DNA from: Balneola sp.
GTDB lineage: Bacteria > Bacteroidota > Rhodothermia > Balneolales > Balneolaceae
Length of the DNA stretch: 64,000 nucleotides
Reading direction: 5' to 3'
Assembly: GCA_028284195.1 (NCBI GenBank)
Contig: JANQSE010000011.1
Span: 18 to 64,017 of the forward strand
Shown: positions 46,275 through 53,950 of the stretch, piece after piece
How positions within the stretch are numbered: position 1 is the stretch's first letter
How the letters are laid out: each line of letters opens with the position of its first letter
Translations under genes and position numbers: made by a program
The notes under the pieces: generated by a model
The model's input: only the letters and a program-made list of their open reading frames with translations
What the model was told of the DNA's origin: nothing
The model's database searches: none

Positions 46275-47648
46275 ATGGCTCATAAAATTCTCAGGAAAGA
46301 TGATTATCTGCCCAAATCAAGTCCGGTTGGGCCATTCATATTCCTCATGCTTCTGTCCGCAATTCTCATGCTTGTTGACATTGAGAGGATGGTATTTTGG
46401 GGAGTCCTGGCTGGAGTATCACCTTTTTTCGGTCTCTGGTTTCATGCGAGGTGCACTAAAAAGGCATACGCTCGCTGGGCCCAAGATATATCGAACCTTA
46501 TAAGTAGCAAGCAGGCCATTAACTACAATGATCTGTTCTATTGGACCGATTTAACCGTATGGCACAAAATAGATTTTAACGTCGCCAGCGATAAGTTTCT
46601 AAAAGAAGTTTTCGCCCGGACAGAAAAGAACTGGGAACTCGATGGCCTCTACACTGCTTTCCTCAAGCGCTATTCTATAGAGGAGCTGACTAAGATCATA
46701 GCTTCAAACCAGAAACTCAGGTATGAAGATCAGCAAACCATGCTTAAATATGTTGAACGGATCAAGGACGGGGTCCCCACCTCTTTCTGGGACCTAACTC
46801 TAGAAGAAATCAACGGAGTGGACTATTATGAAGCTGAATTAGAGCGAGCCTTGCGCGAAGATGACATTCCTGCCCTAGAAAAAGCACTTCAAAAAATAGA
46901 TGAATTCAGTTTCAACGACTATCCATACGAAGAAGCATCGACGCAAGCCTTGCTCACTATCGTAGAAAAAGCACTGACTCAAGAGGGTGCCTTTAATGGA
47001 GCTTATCATCTCATTGGACGCGATAGTACCTTAAGCGATTTGGCCCACGCAGTAGCAAAAAACCCCAACCTCACCTTACAAGAAAAAGCAGGATTCCTGA
47101 TGCCTAGGATCGAAGATGAGGGCTATGACTTGAATCTTATTGATGAAAACCAGCCTGAGTATGCTTTCATTGAGATGGCACGAAAACAAGCCCGCAGGGA
47201 AGTAAAAGCAAAAGAAGCTTTAAAACAAAAAGAAAGCGAACTCATAGCTGTAATGGATAATGTTCGAGCGAAGCGCGAAGATCGAATCCGTGCGACAAAA
47301 GCCTTCGCAACGATACATTCAAAGTGGGCTATCAGCGTGTGTTCTGGTACTCAAGCCGCATGGCATTGTCCCGAATGCGCCATCAAGGGAACCTATTCGA
47401 TGAAGCGTGACATGCGAGACGTTTACGAAAAGCAGCTTGAAGCAGGAGCTATGCTGCGAGGAGAAGAAATCTGCGGAACCTGCAACATATCTTTTACCAC
47501 CGCGCAAATATACCGAGGTGAGCTAGATGCTGTATTTATCGATATAAGCTGCAAAAACTGCCACTATGATTGGACCGGGCCTGTTGAATCTTTTATCGAC
47601 AGTAATTGCAAGCAATGTAACGCTCCTTTTATTTCCAGTCATCTATAA
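46275..47648 (+). CDS. Hypothetical membrane protein: 2 TM, coiled coil and four CxxC motifs
   Basis: 457-aa ORF; two N-terminal hydrophobic segments; CPEC, CGTC, CKNC, CKQC at the C-terminus. Confidence 0.8.
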   Translation: MAHKILRKDDYLPKSSPVGPFIFLMLLSAILMLVDIERMVFWGVLAGVSPFFGLWFHARCTKKAYARWAQDISNLISSKQAINYNDLFYWTDLTVWHKIDFNVASDKFLKEVFARTEKNWELDGLYTAFLKRYSIEELTKIIASNQKLRYEDQQTMLKYVERIKDGVPTSFWDLTLEEINGVDYYEAELERALREDDIPALEKALQKIDEFSFNDYPYEEASTQALLTIVEKALTQEGAFNGAYHLIGRDSTLSDLAHAVAKNPNLTLQEKAGFLMPRIEDEGYDLNLIDENQPEYAFIEMARKQARREVKAKEALKQKESELIAVMDNVRAKREDRIRATKAFATIHSKWAISVCSGTQAAWHCPECAIKGTYSMKRDMRDVYEKQLEAGAMLRGEEICGTCNISFTTAQIYRGELDAVFIDISCKNCHYDWTGPVESFIDSNCKQCNAPFISSHL

Positions 47649-47734
47649 ATAATATCTTCCTAATTAAATAATATCTTTCTAATTTATTCAGAGCCTCGAG
47701 TCACACACACTCTTAACTTCAGCCATCTTTAAAC

Positions 47735-48232
47735 ATGTCCGATTCATTTATAGTCATTGTTATCATCAGTATCGTTGCGATTGTCTTTATACTCAGCTCT
47801 ATTAAGAATAAAAAGATCAATGAACTCCCTTTCGTCATGCGACTGCATAAGATTAAAGAAGAGATGGAAAGCAAGTGTTCTGAGTGTAAGCAAGAAATGG
47901 ATCAATTAAAAAATTCAGATCCGAATAAAGTAGAAGTCATTCGTTATAAATTAGACGCATACAACGCAGAGAAAGCAAAGTATGTTAGAATGGTCGATGC
48001 TGCTAAAAGAATTGCTAAAAAGATCGGCTCAGAATCTGATACCCAAGCATACAATGCAAAACTTGAAGGAGTCCTAAAAGCCAGTGGACGAGACACACTC
48101 GCAAGCCTTTCTCAGTTACAAGCCATATTTGCCGTGCGTGGAGAATCGCCTTTCAACCAAACGGTGGAGCAGTTAATTCAAGCTTACAAAAGTAATAAAA
48201 CGATTACGCCTGAATTATTTCTGGATACTTAG
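47735..48232 (+). CDS. Hypothetical signal-anchored coiled-coil protein
   Basis: 165-aa ORF; N-terminal FIVIVIISIVAIVFIL; Lys/Glu-rich helical body. Confidence 0.75.
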   Translation: MSDSFIVIVIISIVAIVFILSSIKNKKINELPFVMRLHKIKEEMESKCSECKQEMDQLKNSDPNKVEVIRYKLDAYNAEKAKYVRMVDAAKRIAKKIGSESDTQAYNAKLEGVLKASGRDTLASLSQLQAIFAVRGESPFNQTVEQLIQAYKSNKTITPELFLDT

Positions 48233-48284
48233 TCAAAAGCAGCCATTCTCGATGGCTTACTCCGATGTCATTACATAGACGCCA

Positions 48285-48487
48285 TCCCAATCTTCATCGG
48301 CTGGATATGTTATTTTATCTTTAACAAATCATTTTCCATCTTTTTTTAAAAATGCTACTTTGCTCGAATCTTTTTTAATTTCCATTTCTTTTATTTGATC
48401 GATATCAAATGAAAGAAGAGACTTTACCTTGGGAGATGTATTTTTAGTTTTTTTAAAAGCTAAATCATATAAGAATAAGAAGTATAA
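48285..48487 (-). pseudogene. Decayed DUF4340-like gene fragment
   Basis: LYFLFLYD...KSLLSFDIDQIKEMEIKKDSSKVAFLKKDGK*FVKDKITYPADED; TGA where DUF4340-type proteins have W; no start codon. Confidence 0.55.
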
Positions 48488-48501
48488 CCTAACCTCGCAT
48501 C

Positions 48502-49980
48502 ATGAAGTACATCCAAGTATCCGGTAACCAACGATCTCCTGCTTATTGTTCAGACAATGCCTGCCCTTGTCCTGGTCTCGGAGCGGAAATCCCTCACGGG
48601 CAGGGATATATGTATATATCCAAGGATGTAGCTGACTTTCGCCAAGATGCTCTCTCTGAGAGTGAAGCCGAGCGTAAAATTAAAAGCCTGGCGACATCGG
48701 GGAATTTCACCATGTTCGACGCGAGTGTATTTTCTCCCACTTTGATGTGTGAGCTAGGGGCAAAGAAGAGACAGCTCGATTTGGAAATGGCTGCGAGTGA
48801 TGCCAAGCACTGGTGGAATACGGGTGAAGTGCCTTGCCGTCCAACATCCATTAAGGGTGAAGAGGATAGCTCTATCGGTAGTGATGAAGACGCCAGCAAA
48901 CTCTTGAGCGATGCAGATGATGTTGTAGCAGACCTCAATGCGCTTCTAGGGAAAGAGGGCGATCTGGATACGGATGCTTTGCAAGCCATCAACGATAGGA
49001 TGGATACGCTTGTAAAAGATGCCGGGGCATATGTAGCTAACGATTCGCTTTCGGCAGCATTTAAAGAGATCTTAGAACAATTTCGCGAGACAGAAAGTGG
49101 GATCAATGAATTATTCGCATCTTCAGATTGGGAAGATAACCATTATAACTTAGTGGATCTTTACACTGAAAAATTGGGGCTCCTTGCTGAGTATGCTGAA
49201 GAGGTCTTGGAGGGTGAAGAATTGGAGATGGCACTAACCCGTTACCATAACATCCTAACGGAATTTAAAAATAAATTAGAAGTGCTGGAGAAGGATATTG
49301 AATCCGATTTAGCAGACGCGAAACGTGATGAGTCAAAGAATGTTTCATCAGGAGATCCTAAACCTAAATCAAATAAAACGGTTGTTTGGGGGGGTGTCCT
49401 TTTATTAATCATAGCTGTCTGGTTCCTCTACAATAGAGCTGAAAATAATGCTAAAGAGTATGAAGCTCTTTTAAAAGAAATGAATGAGACTGAGCGTAGC
49501 ATTGAGAGCGACACGGAACAGAATGCTCAGACCATAGAGTTTCTTGGGTATTGGAATTGGTATATTGAGAATCCTCAAACTCAAGGGGTCTCGGTTGGTT
49601 TTCAGAATAACTCGACGAAGCCAGTGAAGGCTTTTAAAGGAACGATTGCGAGTTTAGATGACTTTGGAGATCCTACAGATAATCGGATCGATTTTCTATT
49701 CGACTCAAAGTCTATTTATCGAGGCGTGGACGAGTCTGGTGCCTTTTATAGTACTTTGCACTATGTGATTCCTCCCGGTGAAAAATTGTTTATAACCCAA
49801 ATAGCCTCAGGTGCTGGGGTAGTTGGCTACGTTTCTTCAGAATTTATAGACGTATTTTATGACTACTATATAAAGGTGGGTGATGGCTTTGAAGTGACGA
49901 GTTATAATTATTTAAATAATATTACTGCTAGCCCTAAAGATATAGAATTAAGGATAGAAAAAGTTTTGTACGATGAGTAG
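48502..49980 (+). CDS. Hypothetical bitopic membrane protein with Cys-rich N-terminal domain
   Basis: 492-aa ORF; CSDNACPC...LMCE...HWWNTGEVPC; acidic helical linker; TM VVWGGVLLLIIAVWFLY; coiled coil; beta-rich C-terminal domain. Confidence 0.8.
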   Translation: MKYIQVSGNQRSPAYCSDNACPCPGLGAEIPHGQGYMYISKDVADFRQDALSESEAERKIKSLATSGNFTMFDASVFSPTLMCELGAKKRQLDLEMAASDAKHWWNTGEVPCRPTSIKGEEDSSIGSDEDASKLLSDADDVVADLNALLGKEGDLDTDALQAINDRMDTLVKDAGAYVANDSLSAAFKEILEQFRETESGINELFASSDWEDNHYNLVDLYTEKLGLLAEYAEEVLEGEELEMALTRYHNILTEFKNKLEVLEKDIESDLADAKRDESKNVSSGDPKPKSNKTVVWGGVLLLIIAVWFLYNRAENNAKEYEALLKEMNETERSIESDTEQNAQTIEFLGYWNWYIENPQTQGVSVGFQNNSTKPVKAFKGTIASLDDFGDPTDNRIDFLFDSKSIYRGVDESGAFYSTLHYVIPPGEKLFITQIASGAGVVGYVSSEFIDVFYDYYIKVGDGFEVTSYNYLNNITASPKDIELRIEKVLYDE

Positions 49981-50042
49981 CCGAGGCTCTCTAGGAGTTA
50001 AAGTGCTGATACCGGTCAGGCAAATGCCGGGCTTACCCATCC

Positions 50043-50256
50043 CAGTTGAAACAATGTTCTCAACCGGTCTGAAATAAGATCTTCGCCGAGGGGGGGAGAA
50101 AAAATCATAGGCTAGGGTTTCATAGTCGGGAAACTATATCACATCGGCAGACTCAACAAAGAAGCTTAAAGCCGAATAAAGTTGCTGGGTGGTTTGGAGC
50201 GAAGCCGTGATCACCAGCACGGACTGGCCTGCCTCGACGTGCCGCTGATAATACCA
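50043..50256 (-). pseudogene. mfd: Decayed N-terminal fragment of transcription-repair coupling factor
   Basis: RHVEAGQSVLVITASLQTTQQLYSALSFFV...I*FPDYETLAYDFFSPP, frameshift in the G7 run, then EDLISDRLRTLFQL; matches the Mfd motif ETLPYDxFSPHQDIISxRLxTLYQL. Confidence 0.8.
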
Positions 50257-50260
50257 GGAG

Positions 50261-50428
50261 AAATTACCTATTTTTCGATTTTCGATAAAGCCATTAAAGT
50301 CAATCTTGCCACTGGCATTGGTTGCAACTCTGATTTCGCCCGGTGTGCAGGCTGAAAGGGCTCGTGTTGCGGTAGCGGCCAATTTTTATTCTGTGATGAA
50401 AGAGTTGTCGGATTCTTTTGAAATCTAA
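50261..50428 (+). pseudogene. modA: 5' fragment of molybdate ABC substrate-binding protein, truncated by a CRISPR repeat
   Basis: Signal peptide KPLKSILPLALVATLISPGVQA, then ERARVAVAANFYSVMKELSDSFE (ModA VAVAANF motif); no ATG; stop TAA supplied by the repeat at 50426-50428. Confidence 0.75.
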
Positions 50429-50457
50429 TTCATCTTGATAAGAGATCAAATCCCAAC
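50422..50457 (-). CRISPR. Isolated CRISPR repeat (variant type)
   Basis: AATCTAATTCATCTTGATAAGAGATCAAATCCCAAC; 34/36 to the repeat at 46184, 33/36 to 46118, 30/36 to consensus. Confidence 0.93.
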
Positions 50458-50623
50458 GGAACGAGAATCCTTACTGGTAACAGCTTTGTGGTTACATCAA
50501 AATCTTTCATACAACTTAGCTGAGAATTGGAGTGCTTTACTTCGAAAAATTGGTATGGGTTGTTTTAAAAAATCTTGAATAGATTTGTTAGCAAGGATAT
50601 CTCTGATAAACACACAAAACATT

Positions 50624-51523
50624 ATGAAACACATCCACAAAATATTCTTCATCCTCTTACTTACAACAACTACCATGGTACAAGCTCAGAACAAAAAACT
50701 AAAGATATACATCTCTGCCGATATGGAGGGGGTTGTCGGGGCAGTTACCGGCGACCAACTCGGTCCCGGAGGCTTTGAATACGAACGCTTTCGCAAGTTT
50801 ATGACTGCAGAAGTAAATGCCTGCATAGCAGCAGCCCGCGAAGCCGGTGCAGACGAGATTCTTGTCAGCGATTCGCACGGCAACGGGCAGAATATCCTCA
50901 TCGAAAAATTGCCTGATGATGTGATGATCGTAAGATCGTGGCCACGCGTACTGGGCATGATGGAAGGCATTGACGATTCTTTTGACGGAGCCATCTTCCT
51001 GGGCTACCACGCCAGTACCAACAGCAAAGAAGGTGTAAGGGCGCATACCATGTCCAGCGCCAACATCACCTCGCTTAAAATCAACGATATGGTAATGCCC
51101 GAAGCAGGCATCAATGCACTGATTGCCGGACATTTTAATGTGCCCGTTATTCTGGTTACAGGAGACGATATTGCCGTGAAAGAAACACAAGACCTGATCG
51201 GGGATGTAGAAGGCGCTGTTGTGAAATGGGCGAACAGCTTCCACTCAGCAAAAACCCTTACCCCCAATGCCGCTTATGAGGTAATCGGCAAAAAAACCAA
51301 AGCGGCCATAAAGAGAATCAAAGAGTTTAAACCTTACCAATTAGAAGGCCCCTTAACCCTCGACCTCAGCCTGAAAAACTACCGCCCCGTAGAGCTTTTA
51401 CAGTATTATCCCGGAGCCGAGCGAATCGATTCGCATACCATCCGCTTCGTTGGTAAAGACATTGTTGAAATCTCCGTATTCCTTCGGTTTGTAACCGGGT
51501 ACAACATCACGCTGAAACCCTAA
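50624..51523 (+). CDS. dppA: M55 family D-aminopeptidase (DppA-like), secreted
   Basis: IYISADMEG; VSDSHGNG; LGYHA; AHTMSS; PEAGINA; VTGDD; signal peptide; probable start MKHIHK. Confidence 0.92.
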   Translation: MKHIHKIFFILLLTTTTMVQAQNKKLKIYISADMEGVVGAVTGDQLGPGGFEYERFRKFMTAEVNACIAAAREAGADEILVSDSHGNGQNILIEKLPDDVMIVRSWPRVLGMMEGIDDSFDGAIFLGYHASTNSKEGVRAHTMSSANITSLKINDMVMPEAGINALIAGHFNVPVILVTGDDIAVKETQDLIGDVEGAVVKWANSFHSAKTLTPNAAYEVIGKKTKAAIKRIKEFKPYQLEGPLTLDLSLKNYRPVELLQYYPGAERIDSHTIRFVGKDIVEISVFLRFVTGYNITLKP

Positions 51524-51528
51524 CCGGA

Positions 51529-52584
51529 ATGAAAAAAACCGCCATAGCCATTACCGGAGGTGAACTGCACACCAACTATGCAAAAACAACCCACGGCCTT
51601 ATCAGAGGTTCCGATCGTTTTGAGTTATTGGCCGTCATCGACCATAAGCATGCAGGAGCGGATGTGGGGGAGTTTCTGGACGGCAAAAACAGAAATATTC
51701 CAATAGTTGCTTCCGTAGATGAAGCAGTAAAACAATTTGCGCACATCGACTGCCTTATTGTAGGCGTGGCAACCAAAGGGGGTATTTTATCTGCTGATTT
51801 ATTAAATGCCATAAAAAAAGCCATTGCCTGTAAACTTAATATCGTTAACGGGTTGCACCATTTATTGTGCGAACAGCCGGATATTGTATCACTGGCACAG
51901 GAGTACGATGTAGAATTGATCGATATTCGAAAACCCAAACCAATCAAAGACCTGCATTTCTGGACGAGTGAAATATTTAATGTGGATGTTCCCGTAGTGG
52001 CGGTTTTGGGTATGGATTGTGCTTTGGGCAAGCGCACTGCCACCCGGCTGATGCTGGAAGCGTGCCGGGCAAAAGGCATAAAAGCAGAGATGATCTATAC
52101 CGGCCAGACCGGCTGGATGCAGGGCAGCAAATATGGCTTTATCTTCGACTCCACACTCAACGACTTCGTCTCGGGTGAACTGGAACATGCAATTGTTTCT
52201 TGTTGGAAAGAAGAAAAACCGGACGTGATATTTTTGGAAGGGCAGTCTGGCCTCCGAAACCCCAGCGGGCCTTGCGGCTTGGAAATGCTCATTTCCGGAA
52301 ATGCCAAAAAAGTGATTCTGGTATGTGCGCCCGGGAGACAATACTTTGACCATGAGCCTGCGTGGGGGGAGATCCCGTCCATCGAATCGGAAATGGAAAT
52401 CATTGCAACATTTGGCAGCGAGGTAGTCGGTCTGGCATTAAATACCGAAGGACTTTCTTCGGAAGAAGCAGAAGCCGTTCAGTCTGAGTTAGAAGCCTCA
52501 TTGAATATTCCGGTTGTTAACCCCATTAAGGAAGGAGTACAAAGATTAGTAACTGCGCTAAAAATGACCGTCCATGAAAATTAA
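51529..52584 (+). CDS. DUF1611 family protein (DgcN-like D-amino-acid N-acetyltransferase)
   Basis: YAKTTHGLIR; IVNGLH; GMDCALGKRT; TGQTG; FLEGQSGL. Confidence 0.85.
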   Translation: MKKTAIAITGGELHTNYAKTTHGLIRGSDRFELLAVIDHKHAGADVGEFLDGKNRNIPIVASVDEAVKQFAHIDCLIVGVATKGGILSADLLNAIKKAIACKLNIVNGLHHLLCEQPDIVSLAQEYDVELIDIRKPKPIKDLHFWTSEIFNVDVPVVAVLGMDCALGKRTATRLMLEACRAKGIKAEMIYTGQTGWMQGSKYGFIFDSTLNDFVSGELEHAIVSCWKEEKPDVIFLEGQSGLRNPSGPCGLEMLISGNAKKVILVCAPGRQYFDHEPAWGEIPSIESEMEIIATFGSEVVGLALNTEGLSSEEAEAVQSELEASLNIPVVNPIKEGVQRLVTALKMTVHEN

Positions 52585-53638
52585 AGCAATCGAGGCCTTT
52601 TCAAAAAATCTGGCGCTTACCAAACCGTACAGTATTGCTTACAAAACAGTTTCCGATGTTGAAAGTGCTTTTCTGTTCATCACGCTCGAAAATGGAATTA
52701 CCGGCATCGGAGCCGCCAACCCTGCTAAGGAAGTCGTCAACGAAACTCCTGCGGAAACCCTTGCAAATTGTCAGTCTGACTATTTCCAATCCTTTGTTGG
52801 CAAAGACATCCGGCATTTCCGAAAAATGATTCAGGATATTCATGTTGCTTTTCCCGACAAACCGGGTACACAGGCCGTTTGGGATATTGCCCTGCATGAT
52901 GCTTTTGCAAAATACCTTGGGATTCCTGTGGTAGCGATTTACGGGCAGCACATCAAATCGCTGCCCACATCGGTAACCATTGGTATTATGGGCGTGGAAG
53001 ACACACTAAAGGAAGCTGCTGAGTACAAAAAATCGGGCTTCAATGTGCTCAAAGTAAAGACCGGAGAATCTGTTGAGCTGGATATTGAACGAATCCTGAA
53101 ACTCCGCGAACAGCATAGCGGCATGGTTATCCGTGTAGATGCCAACCAGGGCTATGACCGGGAAGCATTGCTGCAATTTGTGAGTGCAGTAGAAAAAGCG
53201 GGTGTAGAATTGATAGAACAGCCCATTCCTGTGGGGAAAGAACAAGAACTAGCTGATGTTGACGAAAATATCAGGAAAATACTGGTGGCCGATGAAAGCC
53301 TGAAAAACAGCGCCAGTGCTATACAATATGCCGGTGTGCCTCAACTCTTCGGTATTTATAACATCAAACTGATGAAATGTGGTGGAATTTTCGGGGCGTT
53401 CGAAATAGCTGCTATTGCAAAAGCAGCCAATATTGACCTGTTTTGGGGCTGCAACGATGAAAGCATCGTGAGCATTACGGCGGCCTTGCATGCCGCGTTC
53501 GCTTGTCCCCATACCAAATACCTCGACCTCGATGGCAGCTTTGACCTGGCAGAAGATCTGGTAAGCGGGGGATTTACGCTAAAAGACGGAATACTAAGTA
53601 TCAACGAAAAACCGGGGTTCGGTTTTGAACTCAACTAA
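52574..53638 (+). CDS. Enolase-superfamily dipeptide epimerase (L-Ala-D/L-Glu epimerase / DgcA-like)
   Basis: DIALHD; TSVTIGI; KVK catalytic motif; RVDANQG; IEQP; ADES; NIKLMKCGG; LDLDG. Confidence 0.92.
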   Translation: MKIKAIEAFSKNLALTKPYSIAYKTVSDVESAFLFITLENGITGIGAANPAKEVVNETPAETLANCQSDYFQSFVGKDIRHFRKMIQDIHVAFPDKPGTQAVWDIALHDAFAKYLGIPVVAIYGQHIKSLPTSVTIGIMGVEDTLKEAAEYKKSGFNVLKVKTGESVELDIERILKLREQHSGMVIRVDANQGYDREALLQFVSAVEKAGVELIEQPIPVGKEQELADVDENIRKILVADESLKNSASAIQYAGVPQLFGIYNIKLMKCGGIFGAFEIAAIAKAANIDLFWGCNDESIVSITAALHAAFACPHTKYLDLDGSFDLAEDLVSGGFTLKDGILSINEKPGFGFELN

Positions 53639-53639
53639 A

Positions 53640-53831
53640 ATGAAGACTATGAAAAAAACATTGTTACTCGCTTCTTTTTTACTTCTCCTTACGGGGGTAG
53701 CAACTGCCCAAACAAGTATCGAGGCATTGCTGTCGGCTCCTTTTCCTTCCGGGCTTACCGGCTCGCCCGATAGCAAAGCGGATATCAGTATTGAGCAATT
53801 TTTAATCGATGAGTTGCAATCAGTAGATTAA
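53640..53831 (+). pseudogene. Truncated S9-family peptidase-like remnant
   Basis: Signal peptide then SIEALLSAPFPSGLTGSPD, typical of the secreted S9 peptidase N-terminus; ends after about 63 aa. Confidence 0.55.
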
Positions 53832-53950
53832 TGCTCTTTCATTTTTTCATCAAAAGCATTTTTTTCTAAGCCCATCAGCTCCGGGTCTTTCAATTTTTAT
53901 TTTAACTGATACGTATTTTAAAAATTATCTTTCTTAACGACTTTTGTTGC

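Noticed and set aside
47690-49990. 9-bp inverted repeat AGAGCCTCG (47690) / CGAGGCTCT (49982) bracketing ORF2-ORF3 as possible transposon ends
   Set aside because: A 9-bp match is expected by chance at this scale; no transposase or target-site duplication is visible.
50134-50382. 82-aa minus-strand ORF in the track as a real gene
   Set aside because: It is a chimera of the antisense of the modA fragment and part of the mfd fragment.
46220-50421. Integron cassette array or prophage explanation for the cargo
   Set aside because: No attC-like GTTRRRY/RYYYAAC palindromes, integrase or phage genes recognised.
50458-50523. Possible further spacer plus degenerate repeat after the isolated repeat
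   Set aside because: Sequence at the expected 66-bp period does not align with either repeat type.
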